A stretch of DNA of 64,000 bases from Candidatus Marinacidobacterales bacterium (GTDB lineage Bacteria > Acidobacteriota > Vicinamibacteria > Marinacidobacterales > SMYC01), in the NCBI GenBank assembly GCA_965224085.1, contig CBDCYI010000004.1, forward strand, positions 800,001-864,000, in the 5' to 3' direction. A model generated the notes under the pieces. That model did not search any database, was not told the DNA's origin, and was given only the letters and a program-made list of their open reading frames with translations. This document shows, in pieces, positions 20,168 to 32,130 of this stretch. Positions within the stretch are counted from its first letter, which is position 1. Each line of letters opens with the position of its first letter. The position numbers and the translations under genes are program-made.

Positions 20168-22498
20168 TGACGAGCGGAATCGCACTTTCACGCACGAGCG
20201 TGTTGAACGCGTCGAGCTCGGCACCGAGCAACGGATTGAGCTTCGCCTTCTGCCCGTCCCACTGCGCTTTCAAATCGGCGTAGCGCTCGCGGGCGCCGTC
20301 GATGACGCCGACTTCGGAGCCGTCCACCGCCCCTCTCAAATAAGTGAAGTGGTGATTCAGACGCGATGGAAAATTGATCACCGTCTGACCGTCGACCGTG
20401 CGCTTTTGGATGAGCGCGCCCTCGACTTCCGTCAGCTTCTCGACAAGCGCGTTGCCTGCTTCCTCGATCGCCCCGCCGCCCTCTTCCTCTTTCGCACGTG
20501 AGACGAAGTCTTCGATCTGCTCGCGCACGTCCCGCAGCCGGTTGACCGAGCCATGTAGAGCGGAAATCGTTTCTTCGATCTCCGCGAGCAGCCTGTCTTG
20601 AGCCTCGAAGTCGGCGAGCGTCGTATCGACACGCGGATCCTTGACAACCTCGAAAGACTTCGTGCGGGTCTCGTCCCCGACCGTGAGCTTCACCTGATAC
20701 GTCCCCGGGACGACTTTGCGCCCACGCAGGGAGCCGAAGATGTAGAGGCCAGGGACGCGCTCGGGTGTTTCATGACGCAGATCCCACGACGTGCGGTTCA
20801 TGCCCTTCTCGATCTCGAGCTTCGCGCCGTCCTCCTCGGAGTCCTCCTCGGAATCCTCTTCGGCGTCCGTCGCGTAGGTGCGGATCGTCGCGCCGGAGGC
20901 ATCGAGTATCTCGATCTTGGCCTTCGCGTCCTCGTCGACTTCGGCGACGATGAAATCGATAACGGCACCGTTCGGCGGGTTCTTACCGACGTTCGGTGTG
21001 GTTCGAGAGCCGCCTTGCTGGACGCGATAAGCGAGCCGCAGCGTGAAGAGGTGCACCGAAGCGTCACCGGCCTCGCTCATCTGCTGGAGCGGCGACAAGT
21101 CGTCGAGGATCCAAAACGCGCGGCCTTGCGTGGCCGCAACGAGATCGTTGTCCCGCGCCTGAACGATCAGATCCGTAATGGGCACGACAGGAAGTTTGAG
21201 CTGCAAGGACTGCCAGCTCTCGCCGTCGTCGAACGATACATGAATCCCGGTCTCCGTCCCCATATAGAGGAGGCCGCGCCGCTTCGGGTCTTCTCGAATC
21301 ACGCGAACCCAGTCCTCCTCGGCGATGCCGTTCGTGATGGCCGTCCAGCTTTCGCCGTAGTCGTTCGTTTTGAAAGCGAGTGGCGTGAAGTCGTTGAACT
21401 TGTACTTCGTGACCGCGACATAGGCCGCGGCCGGGTCGTGCGGTGACGCTTCGATCGCGTTAATCATCGCCTCACCGATGCCCGGCGGCGTAACGTTTAA
21501 CCAACTCCCGCCGCCATCGCGCGTGACGTGGACGAGGCCGTCATCGCTACCCGTCCAAATCGTAGACGCCGCGTGGGGCGACTCCGCAACGTAGAAAATC
21601 GTGCCGTAGATCTCGCCGCCCGCACCTTCGTTCGTGATCGGCCCGCCGCCCCGGCCTACAGGCCTCCGTCCGGATCGGCTTCTACGAGCGCATAGAGGCG
21701 ATCCGGATCGGCGGAAACGGAGATGCTCATCTTGCCCTTGAGCTCTGGAAAGCCCGTTTCGGGATCCGCGCCAATCTCCTCCCACGTTTCACCGCTGTCG
21801 GTGGATTTGTGGAGCCCGCTCCCTTCGCCGCCGCTGTGAACTTCCCACGGCGTGCGCGGGTGATCCCAACACGCCGCATAGAGGATGCGCGGGTTGGTGG
21901 GATCCATCGCGAGATCGGATGCTCCTGCGGTTTCACCGATGTAGAGAACGTGATCCCAGGTCGCGCCGCCATCGGTCGAGCTATAGATGCCGCGCTCTTC
22001 GGTGGGCCCGTAAGGCGCACCTTGCACCGCGACGTAGACGCGATCGGGATCCGTCGGATGGACCCGGATGCGCGAGATCGCGCGGGAGTGCTTTAGGCCC
22101 ATATGCGTCCACGTCCGTCCAGCATCCGTCGACTTGTAGACGCCGTCGCGATGAGACGTCATCACGCCACGAATAGCGTGCTCGCCCATACCCACATAAA
22201 TAACGTTGGGATCGGAATCGGCGACGGTAATGGCGCCGACGGAGGACGTGTTCAAGAAACCGTCGGTGATGTTAGTCCACGTCACTCCGCTATCGGTCGT
22301 TTTCCAAACGCCTCCGCCGACGCCTCCGAAATAGAAAACACCCGGCTGCGACGGCACACCGGTGGACGCGTTAGAGCGCCCCCCGCGAAACGGGCCGATA
22401 TTGCGCCACTCCATCGCCTGGAAGTGCTTCGGGTCCACGTTCTCGGCCGCCTCGAGCGTGACCGAAACAAACCACAACAAAAGGACGCGTCGTAGCAC
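20157..22498 (-). pseudogene. VPS10/BNR-repeat glycosyl-hydrolase-like protein with internal deletion
   Basis: [14 protein letters not shown] repeats (KTTDSG, KSTDAG); out-of-frame junction near 21657 to GGGPITNE...WTGSDDG. Confidence 0.8.
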
Positions 22499-22507
22499 TT
22501 TGTGCTC

Positions 22508-25144
22508 CTAAGGCTCGCTGGAATCGGTCTCGATCGACCACGGCATGTCTTCGAGAGTTGCGCCTTGAAGCGCGTTGAAAAAGAGCTTGTAGGTGCCTCG
22601 CGGCTGCCCACGAAATTGTGGGCGGAACGCGAACAAAATGACCTCGCCCGCGCCGAGCTTAACGCGCATCACGGCCGACTTGCCGCCGATGTTCGATTCT
22701 TCGCCGAGCGCCCAGCCGCTCATGAGGATGTCTTTTTCCGCGTAGGTCACGACCGTCTCGACAGGAAATGGCGGCGGCATCTTCACGTCTTCTTTACCGC
22801 CTTCACGCTCGCGGCTCGGCTCGAGCGCCTCGAAGGCGCGGCTGCGAACGAAAGAGGTCGCTACCTCGTCGGGCATACCCCAAGCAAGTGGGTGGGCGGT
22901 GTCGACCGTCGCACGGATCAGGGAGCCCGGAATGAAAAAGCTCGACGAAGAAACGCCCGATGTGACGTTTTTTACTGGAAGACCGAACTGCTGGATGGCG
23001 AAATCACTCGCACCGTCGAGTGCTATGAGAGTGCCGCCATTCTCGACGAAGCGCTTCAGCGCGTAAGCGCCCGCCAAGCCGAGGCCGCCGACATATTCGT
23101 CCGGCATCGTGCCCGGGGCGTGGCCGTTCAAGATGCGCGCCGCGTCTTGATCGGGCAAAACGATGACATCGAAACGCGACAAATCAGACGTGCGGACGTC
23201 TTTGTCCACAAGCGTCGTCAAATCGAAGTCGTAGTCCTCCAAAAGCCATCGCGTCCAACCCTCGTCCATGTTCGCGACCCAGGATTTGTACATGCCCACG
23301 CGCGTGTGCTGCAGCGTGTGCATGACGACGTCCGGGCTCTCGTCGATAGAATCGATGTCGAGGCCGAGCTCGCGCGCGAGCGCCGACAGCCGGTCGAACG
23401 TCTCATCCCCCGACTCGATGAGGATGGTGCCGCGCGGATGCCCATCGAAAGGAGCTCCCGCCCAGTGAAGTCTCTCGCCCAAGCCGAGCAATCGGTTCGC
23501 CGCCTTCATCGCAGCGTTTTGCCGATGCGATAGCAGGTAGCCGAATCTACCGCGCGTGACCCGGCCCGGGCTCGGCGTTACATAATCGGCGAGCGCCACA
23601 GCTTCGGCCGTGAACGAAGTCTCGATGCGGTCGACCTTGACTCCCATCTGCATCGGCAGGGTCCAACCCGCGAGATCGTAGGGCGGATCGGGCGGGCCGT
23701 CGGGCGTACGCCGCCGATCGGGATATTCTTGCTTCTCCATGAGATCGACGACATAAGGGAGGAACGACTGGGCACCGTAAATAACGTAGGAGCCCACCCC
23801 GTAAGACTTTCCGTTCGCGGTGAAATCGGCCGTCGCCCGCTCGATCTCGATGCCACCCACCAGCAGAATATTCACGAGAGCGTCCGCCTCGCCCGGATCC
23901 CACTGCTCCCGAGGGATGATGTACGCCGTCGGCTTTCCCGCCTCTCCCGTTTCGATGGCGTCTCGCCCCATGCGATAGATGTCGTAGAGCCACTTTTCTT
24001 TGAGTTCGGCGGCAATGTCCAGAACGCCCATCGAGGCGGTCAATGTGTAGCGAACGGCATCACTGAAGTGAGACTCCCCGCCCTCCCAGGGGTACGGATG
24101 AAAAATATCCGTGGCCGAAGTCGGCGACGCACTGCCGCGACGCGGGTTGCCCACGAACTCGGGCCGCTTTTCCGGATCGTAGAATCGCGGCGTCGCGGAC
24201 GCATGGGAGGTTTCAGTCAGGATCCCGATCATGTTGTGAAAGTAAGGCACGGTGCGCATCCCGCCGTTCCACCACATCGAATAGATCATGTCGGAGACGA
24301 CGCCTGGCATTCTCTTCATGGCGAAGCGATTGGCCATCGCCGTACCCACCATGTTGACGCCCGTCGTCACCCCGGGATGGATGTTCGGGTTGACTGGATC
24401 CGCGAATGGCGGCAAGAAGATACGCGCCCAAGCCGGGCCAGTCTGGTGATGGTTATAGACGATTTGCGGGAACCACTCGCGGTATAAAACTTCCGTCACC
24501 GCGTGAGACTCCGGCATGTTGTTCATGAACCAGTCGCGGTTGTTGTCGTGGCCGACATAGTGATGGTAGAGCTCGGGCGGCCGCGACGTCTCGAACGGTG
24601 TCTCGAGATGCTTTCGATACCAATCGGCGACGATGTCGAGCCCATCCGGGTTCATGCTCGGCATGAGGAGCAGGATCACGTTGTCACGGATCTTCTCCAT
24701 CTCCGCGGAATCTTCGGTCACGACGCGATAAGCGAGATGCGGCATCATCTGGGACGGCGCGACCTCGGTCGCGTGCAAGCCGGCATCGAGCCACACGACC
24801 GCTTTGCCTTCGGCCGCGTAGCGCTCGGCGGTTTCATCATCGATGCGCGCGCGCGCAAGGGCCTCACTCATCTCGCGCAGCTCGTCGAGCCGCGAGAGGT
24901 TAGCCTCGCTCGAGATATAGAGCAACAGGAGCGGTTTCTCGAGGACTGAGCGCCCGATCTCACGGAGCTCGACCCGATCGCTCGCGGCGTCCAGGGCCAG
25001 GTAATACTCGACGAGCTGGTTCCACTTCGCGAGCTTGTAGTCAGAGCCCGGCTCGAAGCCGATGACGTCCACCGGCTTCGGAACCTGGGTGGTTGCGAGA
25101 GTGGTCAGAAAAATCGAAAACAGGAAAATGGTGATGCGTGGCAT
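22508..25144 (-). CDS. M14-family zinc carboxypeptidase
   Basis: LHATE, NPDG, DNNRDW and HHQ motifs; C-terminal GATase-like region. Confidence 0.85.
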   Translation of the reverse strand: MPRITIFLFSIFLTTLATTQVPKPVDVIGFEPGSDYKLAKWNQLVEYYLALDAASDRVELREIGRSVLEKPLLLLYISSEANLSRLDELREMSEALARARIDDETAERYAAEGKAVVWLDAGLHATEVAPSQMMPHLAYRVVTEDSAEMEKIRDNVILLLMPSMNPDGLDIVADWYRKHLETPFETSRPPELYHHYVGHDNNRDWFMNNMPESHAVTEVLYREWFPQIVYNHHQTGPAWARIFLPPFADPVNPNIHPGVTTGVNMVGTAMANRFAMKRMPGVVSDMIYSMWWNGGMRTVPYFHNMIGILTETSHASATPRFYDPEKRPEFVGNPRRGSASPTSATDIFHPYPWEGGESHFSDAVRYTLTASMGVLDIAAELKEKWLYDIYRMGRDAIETGEAGKPTAYIIPREQWDPGEADALVNILLVGGIEIERATADFTANGKSYGVGSYVIYGAQSFLPYVVDLMEKQEYPDRRRTPDGPPDPPYDLAGWTLPMQMGVKVDRIETSFTAEAVALADYVTPSPGRVTRGRFGYLLSHRQNAAMKAANRLLGLGERLHWAGAPFDGHPRGTILIESGDETFDRLSALARELGLDIDSIDESPDVVMHTLQHTRVGMYKSWVANMDEGWTRWLLEDYDFDLTTLVDKDVRTSDLSRFDVIVLPDQDAARILNGHAPGTMPDEYVGGLGLAGAYALKRFVENGGTLIALDGASDFAIQQFGLPVKNVTSGVSSSSFFIPGSLIRATVDTAHPLAWGMPDEVATSFVRSRAFEALEPSREREGGKEDVKMPPPFPVETVVTYAEKDILMSGWALGEESNIGGKSAVMRVKLGAGEVILFAFRPQFRGQPRGTYKLFFNALQGATLEDMPWSIETDSSEP

Positions 25145-25159
25145 GGCTGCCTCCTAATC

Positions 25160-26344
25160 TCAACGCGAGAATGGCCCGGATTCTATCAAACGGCCGACGC
25201 GCAAATGAATCCAAGGGATCGTCCACGCGACCGCCGCGATGACCGCATCGGTCACATCGGGCGAGCGCCCCGGGACGAACTTTTGAAACCACTCCAGGAA
25301 GAGAACAGACAAGAATACGACTCCGATCCCGGTGGCCGCTACCCGCTCGGGACGGCTCGGTTGCGCGTGGATCGCAAGAACCGCGAGCCCGAGAAACGGC
25401 CAAACCGAGTTGAGCACGTCTTCGATACGCGTCAATTCGCTCACGAGATGACTTCGAAAGGGAGTCCAGTTGAACGCCGAGATTCCAGCCGCGCCGACGC
25501 CCGGTCGAAGCTGGTCGACGACGACGGTGCCCACAATGGCCGCGAAAGCGAGACGGGACACGCGCTCGGGCGCACGCAGAAAACCAGCGACGACAAAGGC
25601 GAGTCCGGCGCCGGCGAGCGCCTCGAGCGATAGTTGCTGGCGCACGATGGGCACTTTCGCGAGGAGCACACAGAAGAAGAACGCGGACACGAAGAAGCGG
25701 CGACGGTATTTCGACCGTAGCGCCGTGGACAACAGGATCGAGAGCGCCAAGATAGCGAGCCCATAACCGAGGGCGCTCGAGAACTCGAAAGACCGAGAGC
25801 CGCGTAGGACGTGCCACACCGGCCGAAGCCCCGCGCGGAGATTGCCGACGTCGGGAGAAGGCACGAAAGGAAAGAGTTGCCCGCCGGCCCAGACCCCGAC
25901 GACCGCCGCACCGAGCCTCGTCACCGGCTCATCGACGAAGATGCGCGCTGCCGTTCGCCGAATCCAGGGTTCAAGCGCCGCGAGCTGCCGATGAACCACC
26001 GCGCCGCCGCACGCGCCGAGCGTGTTCCAGCCCCAGTCATGAAAAGAAGGAACACGACGCGGAAGAAAAGCCTGCAGATACTCGACCCCGAAGCTGAAAA
26101 GACTGCCCGCGAGCGTCGCCAAGAGCACAGTGCGCACGCGACCCAATCCCGCGAAAACGCGCGCGGCGAGCCAGCCGAACGGGATGTAGATGATCACGTT
26201 CACGACGAGGTCCGTGCGCGACAGCCGTCCCGGTTCCAGAAACTGATGCCACGCGCTGACGTCGAGTGCCCGCCAGCCAGTGAAGGGAAAGAGGCTTCCG
26301 TAAACGAGGAGGGCCGTGTAGCCGAGGAGAAATGCGCGGGTCAC
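25160..26344 (-). CDS. VanZ-family membrane protein
   Basis: YGSLFPF, NVIIYIPFG, EYLQAFLP.R.PS..D...N repeated twice. Confidence 0.8.
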   Translation of the reverse strand: MTRAFLLGYTALLVYGSLFPFTGWRALDVSAWHQFLEPGRLSRTDLVVNVIIYIPFGWLAARVFAGLGRVRTVLLATLAGSLFSFGVEYLQAFLPRRVPSFHDWGWNTLGACGGAVVHRQLAALEPWIRRTAARIFVDEPVTRLGAAVVGVWAGGQLFPFVPSPDVGNLRAGLRPVWHVLRGSRSFEFSSALGYGLAILALSILLSTALRSKYRRRFFVSAFFFCVLLAKVPIVRQQLSLEALAGAGLAFVVAGFLRAPERVSRLAFAAIVGTVVVDQLRPGVGAAGISAFNWTPFRSHLVSELTRIEDVLNSVWPFLGLAVLAIHAQPSRPERVAATGIGVVFLSVLFLEWFQKFVPGRSPDVTDAVIAAVAWTIPWIHLRVGRLIESGPFSR

Positions 26345-27173
26345 GGAATCGAGCCCTGGAGGACGATGACGTCATCATAGTGGCGGTTGGCGTCATTGGG
26401 GGTGTCGGGATCGAGATAGTAGGGCGTGATCGTGGCGCGATACGCCGATCCACCCTGATGTTCGATACAAACGCCGACATAGCCGTGACGACGATTGCCT
26501 TCGGGGTAGATGAAGCGTGAAAAGCCTTCCTGCCACTCCGGGTTCTCTTCCAGATCGCGCACATTAGCGACACCGGCCTCGGCATACGGCTGCGCATGGG
26601 CCACGCGGTTGCCGCGAAGCGTCGTGTCGAGGCCATCATTGTCATGGTTCCCGAGCGCGGGGTAAACGGGCGTCGTGGCGGCGAAGCCCGCCATGTCCGG
26701 CCAAAACGCGTCCCAGTCGTCTTGAGCGTTGCCCTGATCGACGAGATCGCCCGCGTATAGAAGAAAGCGCGGCGCGTAAGTCGCGATCTGATCGAGAACT
26801 GCCCGCTGCGTGATATTGCGCACGGGCTCGGTCGCCTTTGATTCCGGATCGGCGGCGACGGCGAACGTGAAATCCGTTCCGAGCTCGACGGCCGTCGTGA
26901 AGTGCGCCGCCTCGGTCGACCCATCTTGGACGACTCGATAGAAATGGCGCATGTTCGATTGGAGACCCATGAGTTGCACCTCATGGCGAAAGCCGGGAAC
27001 GTGATCGAAGGCTTCGTGCGCGCTCGACACGCGTTCGCCGTAGCTATCGGACAGGCCCCATTCGAGCGTGCCGGGGGTATCGTTCTCCGACCACCAGACC
27101 ATACGGATGCTGTCGGTGCTCACGAGTTGAACGTAAGGGCCGACGGTCATCCCAAGAGGAATAGTATAGGCAT
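26341..27173 (-). pseudogene. Purple acid phosphatase/metallophosphoesterase, truncated
   Basis: GPYVQ, GDLVD and GNHD present; C-terminal His motifs absent; leader MPILFLLG is out of frame. Confidence 0.65.
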
Positions 27174-28942
27174 CACAATCCCACGAGAAGTACCACCGCG
27201 GCGACGATCACTGGGACGACAGCGAACGTTACGGCACCGCCAAGCCGCGCGTAGTCGGAAAAACGATACCCGCCGGGCCCGTAGACCATCAGGTTCGTCT
27301 GATAAGCAATCGGGGTCAAGAAAGACGCGGAGGCGGCGACCGCCACTGCAAGGGCGAAGGGACGAGGCGCAACCCCGAGCGACGAGGCCGTCGAAACCGC
27401 GATGGGAAACATCAACACCACGGCGGCGTTGTTCGTGATGAGCGAGAGCAGCAGAATGGTGGCGCCGATGAGACCAACAAGGACACCGAAGGTGCCAAAG
27501 CCCCCGAGCGTGCCGATCAGCGAGCTTGCGAGAAATGCCGCGAGACCGGAGCTTTCCATCGCAGCACCGAGCCCGAACGCCGCAGCAATGACGACGACGA
27601 CGTCCAAGTCGACAGCACGGCGGGCATCCCATGGAGTGAGCACCCCGGTCGCGACGAGCGCGAACGCGCCGAGAAGCGACAGGTGCAGAATGGGCATCGC
27701 CCCGAGCGCCGCGCCACCGACGATGACGGCGGCGATGACGCCGACCAGCAAGGCCTTTCTGCTTGGAACCGCCGGCGCCCCGCCCAAGCCCGAGACGAGC
27801 AAGAAGTCGTTCCGGTCCCGCCAACGATCGCGAAAGCTCGGATCGGCGAGGATCACGAGCGTGTCGCCCACGCGTAGCCGCACTTCGCCGAGCTTCGCTT
27901 TGACTCGTTGACCCGAGCGATGGATAGCAACCACGGCCGCTTGATAACGCGACCGAAATGAAACTTCTTTCGGGGTTTTCCCGACGAGCGGAGACACTTC
28001 TCCGATGGCGGCCTCGAAAAAAGTATGGCGCGCCGAATCGAGGCCGCCGGTGTGCTCGTGCTCGGTCGACACGAGACCGCGCATCGCTTGGAGATCGACA
28101 ACCAAATCCGCCTTCCCGACGAACACCAATCGGTCCTGACCGCGCAGAACGGTCGTTGGTGTGACGGGCGCGATGAGCTCCCCCTCCCGTTCGATCTCGA
28201 CGAGAAAGACGCCTTGAAGGTGGCGAAGACCACCGTCCTCGACCGTCTTTCCATCGAGCGGGCCGCCTTCCTCGACCAGCATGTTCAGAACGAACTCGCG
28301 GAACTCCTCATCGAGCTCGCGGCCCGCGGCACGGCGCTCCGGGACGAGTAGCGGCGCGAAAGCAACGATGACGACGAGTCCCACGACGGCCACGGGGACG
28401 CCGACCGGTGCGATCTCGAACACGCCGAGGGGATCTTCTCCTGAGGCTTCGAGCAAGCCGGAAACCACGAGATTCGTCGACGTGCCAATCGTCGTGGCGA
28501 CTCCGCCCAGGATCGCAGCAAAAGAGAGCGGCATCAGATAGCGCGAAGGCGACTGGCCGCGCTGCTCAGCCCAATCCGTCACCTGCGGCGCGAGCATCGC
28601 CACGATAGGAGTGTTGTTGAGAAAGGCGGACGCCGCCGCCGTCGGCACGACGAGTCGTAGAAGTGCGCGACGAGCGTGGACGCCCTTACCAAGCGTGGCG
28701 GCAACCAACGGCTGAAGGGCTCCTGTTTTCTCGACGCCGCGCGCGAGCACATAGAGAGCGGCCACCGTGATGGGCGCGGGATTGCTGAAACCCGCGAAAG
28801 CCTGCTCCGTCGTCACGACTCCGAAAACGAGCAACAAGACGACCGCGCCAAGGATGGTCGCGGGCGGAGGAGCGAGATCGCGCGCGAGGACAATAAGAGT
28901 CACGATCAAGACCGCGACCGTGACGGCGCTATCGGAACCCAT
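27173..28942 (-). CDS. SLC13-family permease with TrkA-C domains
   Basis: SAFLNNTPIV, IGTSTNL and TPIAYQTNLMVYGPGGY motifs. Confidence 0.9.
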   Translation of the reverse strand: MGSDSAVTVAVLIVTLIVLARDLAPPPATILGAVVLLLVFGVVTTEQAFAGFSNPAPITVAALYVLARGVEKTGALQPLVAATLGKGVHARRALLRLVVPTAAASAFLNNTPIVAMLAPQVTDWAEQRGQSPSRYLMPLSFAAILGGVATTIGTSTNLVVSGLLEASGEDPLGVFEIAPVGVPVAVVGLVVIVAFAPLLVPERRAAGRELDEEFREFVLNMLVEEGGPLDGKTVEDGGLRHLQGVFLVEIEREGELIAPVTPTTVLRGQDRLVFVGKADLVVDLQAMRGLVSTEHEHTGGLDSARHTFFEAAIGEVSPLVGKTPKEVSFRSRYQAAVVAIHRSGQRVKAKLGEVRLRVGDTLVILADPSFRDRWRDRNDFLLVSGLGGAPAVPSRKALLVGVIAAVIVGGAALGAMPILHLSLLGAFALVATGVLTPWDARRAVDLDVVVVIAAAFGLGAAMESSGLAAFLASSLIGTLGGFGTFGVLVGLIGATILLLSLITNNAAVVLMFPIAVSTASSLGVAPRPFALAVAVAASASFLTPIAYQTNLMVYGPGGYRFSDYARLGGAVTFAVVPVIVAAVVLLVGL

Positions 28943-28950
28943 GGCGTCGA

Positions 28951-29880
28951 TCAGCTCCGCGCGCGCGCCATGAGAAGACGCACGAACGAAACATGTGGGT
29001 CCTCGTCATCCCAAAACCCGACGCGGCGAAGCTCGAAAGGATCGCTCGAGGCGTCGTTCGAACCGGAAATCGTCGTCACCGCGCAGCAAAAACCTTCTTC
29101 GCGGAGGATCTGCTTCGTCGTTGCACCGAAATCCACGGACCGTCCATTGGGATAGGCAAAGGACGTGACCTCGCAACCGAGCTCGGACTCGATCCGTTCT
29201 TTGGAGCCTTTCACCTGACGGCGGGCTTCCATCGCACTCACTTGGCTCAAGATAGGATGATCGAGCGTATGGGCACCGAAACGTATGCCGGCGGCCGCCA
29301 TTTCACGCGCGTCCGCCCATGTGAGCTTGTCCCAACCCACATCGCTCGAGTCAACCCCGAGCCGTTGCAAAAGGCGTGAGATAAGCTCGGAGCGCTCGTC
29401 GGGGCCCACGCAGCGCACTTCACCAAGGATGGCCGCAAGCTCATGATGTTTATCGGGAATCGGGGCGGTTGTACGATGAAAGGCATCGAAGATTCGATCG
29501 TGCCAAATCAACCGATTCGCGTCAACGGCGCCGGTGACCAAGAAGATCGTCGCGGGGAGCCCGAGCTCCCGCAGGATGGGGAAAGCGTGCGTGTAGTTGT
29601 CGCGATAGCCATCGTCGAAAGTGATGGCTATCGCGTTGGGAGGCGCACCGTTCGCTACAAGCGCCTCGAGCGGCTGCACGGAAAAGTACCGCTGCACGAG
29701 CTCCATCTGCTCCCGGAACATGCGTGTGGGGGTGCCACGGAAGAACGGATGGCCGTCGTCATTGACACGGTGATAGCAAAGCACGAGAAAGCGGTTGGGT
29801 CGTGTGAGCCCAACCAGACCACGTGCGAGCGTGGGAGCCCGTGCCGCGAGCCCGAGAACGCGCTTTGCCGAAGACTTCAT
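28951..29880 (-). CDS. Polysaccharide deacetylase (NodB domain)
   Basis: LCYHRV, TFDDGY, GAHTLDHP and FAYPNG motifs. Confidence 0.88.
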   Translation of the reverse strand: MKSSAKRVLGLAARAPTLARGLVGLTRPNRFLVLCYHRVNDDGHPFFRGTPTRMFREQMELVQRYFSVQPLEALVANGAPPNAIAITFDDGYRDNYTHAFPILRELGLPATIFLVTGAVDANRLIWHDRIFDAFHRTTAPIPDKHHELAAILGEVRCVGPDERSELISRLLQRLGVDSSDVGWDKLTWADAREMAAAGIRFGAHTLDHPILSQVSAMEARRQVKGSKERIESELGCEVTSFAYPNGRSVDFGATTKQILREEGFCCAVTTISGSNDASSDPFELRRVGFWDDEDPHVSFVRLLMARARS

Positions 29881-30448
29881 GTCTCGCTATCGTATCCGAA
29901 CTGTGCTGTGCAAGTTTCTCGACATCACGCGGACGCCGGAGCAAGCCGACCTCATCTTCGTCTTCGCGGGGCGCGAGGAGCGAAAGCGTTACGGGATCGA
30001 GCTCTACGAGAAAGGCTACGCTCCACGCCTGGTTCTCAGTGTCGGCCGCTTCGAATGGCGCCGCTTCGCCGAGCTTGGACTAGCGAGTGACGGGGGCCTC
30101 GTCGAAATGGTCCCCACGATCGAGGCACCCAAGCGCCACTTCTTGGTCGAGATCGAAGATGAGAAAACCACTTGCCACGGGATCGCGCGCGACCGCTACG
30201 GAACGCTTTCCGAAGCTCGCGCCCTGGCCATCCACGTGAAAGACGGTAAAGCCATGACCATCTTGCTGGTCTCGTCGCCGGAACACTCGAGACGATGTCT
30301 TCTGGCGACGAAAAGCGTCATTTCCCCGCGCCACCGATTGATACCCATCGGGTGCGCTCCTTCCAGGGACTCGTGTGCCCACGAGTTCGTGAAGTGGATA
30401 GGCTATCGCGCGCTGACGTCGCGAGTTGCACGGGGTAGTAATTCTTGA
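29879..30448 (+). CDS. YdcF/DUF218-like protein
   Basis: ADLIFVFAG..ER..G.ELY..G, T..EA, LLVSS.EH.RR and HEFVK pattern. Confidence 0.65.
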   Translation: MSRYRIRTVLCKFLDITRTPEQADLIFVFAGREERKRYGIELYEKGYAPRLVLSVGRFEWRRFAELGLASDGGLVEMVPTIEAPKRHFLVEIEDEKTTCHGIARDRYGTLSEARALAIHVKDGKAMTILLVSSPEHSRRCLLATKSVISPRHRLIPIGCAPSRDSCAHEFVKWIGYRALTSRVARGSNS

Positions 30449-30647
30449 TATAAAATAGTGAAGCCCTTTCCAACCAGGGGAATTTCGAAGGACAAAAACG
30501 GCTGTACTTGCAGCCAAGTGCTTTAGATTGACACACATGTAAGCCGACTCCGGGTTATAATGGAGGGTCGATGTGGCGCGATTTTGGGGAGTTACCCCTG
30601 GCCCCCGCTTTCGAGGCCTTCGAAATTCTGAGGAGTCGTTTCGAAAA

Positions 30648-31227
30648 GTGAAGCTCAAATGTGCGCTCATCATCTCTGCCACAGCCCTGGCGCTGGCGGC
30701 AAACGCTTCGGCGCAGCAAGGCAACCCGGACCCGCGTCAAAGGGGCCCGGAGGCTTACATCATCGGTGCGGGAGACTTGATCCATGTCCTGACAAGAAGA
30801 CAACTTCAGTGGCTCGTTCCAAGTCCGCTACGACGGCAAGATCACCTTGCCGCTCGTCGGCGACATTTTGGCCGCGGGCCGAACTCCAGAACAACTCGCG
30901 GAACATTTGGAAGAGCAGATCGGAGTCCTCGTGGAGCTCGCCCAGGTCACGGTATCGATCGATCAGGCCAACAGCGCGCAATTCTACGTCATCGGCAAGG
31001 TTGCCAAACAGGGCGCTTTTCCGTACATCGGCGAAATCCGTGTGGTTCAAGCGCTCGCGCTCGCCGGCGGTTTTCAGGAATTCGCGAGGCTGAGCAATAT
31101 TTTCGTGATCCGCGAAACGCAGGGACGGCTTATCTACTATCCGTTCAACTATGACGACCTCGTCGGCAAGCGTCAGCTGGGTGGCAACATGATTCTGCTC
31201 CCTGGAGACACGATCGTCGTTCCCTAG
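30648..31227 (+). pseudogene. Polysaccharide export (Wza-like) protein, frameshifted
   Basis: YIIGAGD then DGKITLPLVG...LLPGDTIVVP in another frame; shift near 30792. Confidence 0.8.
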
Positions 31228-31228
31228 T

Positions 31229-32130
31229 ATGCGTGCATCATGTGCAACAGCGATGGCCGTAATCATCTCTTCGATGGCAAGCTGGAGCGAAGGCCAAACG
31301 CCCCCTAATCAATGGAGCTTAGGATTGAGTCTTCGTGAATCCAGGCAGTTCGATCGCGTCGTCAATGACGGGCTGGGGGATGGCCGGATTACGGACAGCG
31401 CTAGCGTCAATTTCGGCTACTCGACCAATCGTGAGCGCTCGAGCCTCTCTTTGTTCGCGCGCGGGAGCGAGCTTTCCTAGAGCCGAAGAAGAGCGCAACC
31501 GCCCGATCAATTTTGGTTTGGGTTTGCGTTGGAGTCGGCGGGTGACGGAGCGTTTTCAATCTTCGATGCGTGTGACGGCCAACCGAAACTTCTCCCGCGA
31601 GAGGCTAACGGAGCTCGGCATCGTCGCGCCCGACCTGGAGAGTTATTCCGCGGGTGCGAGTTGGCGCACACAGTACCAGGCGAGTGCACGCACCGGCATG
31701 TCGACGTCGCTCAGCTACCGGTTCACGGACATCGTGAATGCACAGCCGATCCCTGGCTCTCAAATCGTTCTCGAAGAGCAACCTTTCGGCGACAGCTTGT
31801 CTATTCCCGCGGGAATCGACGTCGACGCGAACGTGCCGGTTCGGGATGGTCAGAATGACGTTCTAGACATCCTCGCTGCCGAAGGACTCGACAGCCTAGC
31901 GAATCGCAGCCAATTTGCATCCGCCGGCTTCGGCCTGAGCCGTACGCTGTCCCAACGCACGTCGATCGGCTTGAATGTTTCGGCCGGCTATCGAATTTTG
32001 GACAGGGGCAGAAGTGACGGAGGGTCGAACGCGTCGGGGGGGGGTTCACATACAGCGTTCTCTGGGAACGACGAGCTCATTGAGCGCAGCCTACAATGTC
32101 GGACGTACGCTCGCGATTGTGCCGGCGACC
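31229..32130 (+). pseudogene. EPS-cluster outer-membrane beta-barrel-like protein, frameshifted and truncated
   Basis: Signal peptide and alternating beta-strand pattern; shift near 31478; ends at IS sequence. Confidence 0.5.

Noticed and set aside
20829-20862. Short repeats encoding [11 protein letters not shown]
   Set aside because: Low-complexity 12-bp coding repeat in a linker; not an array.
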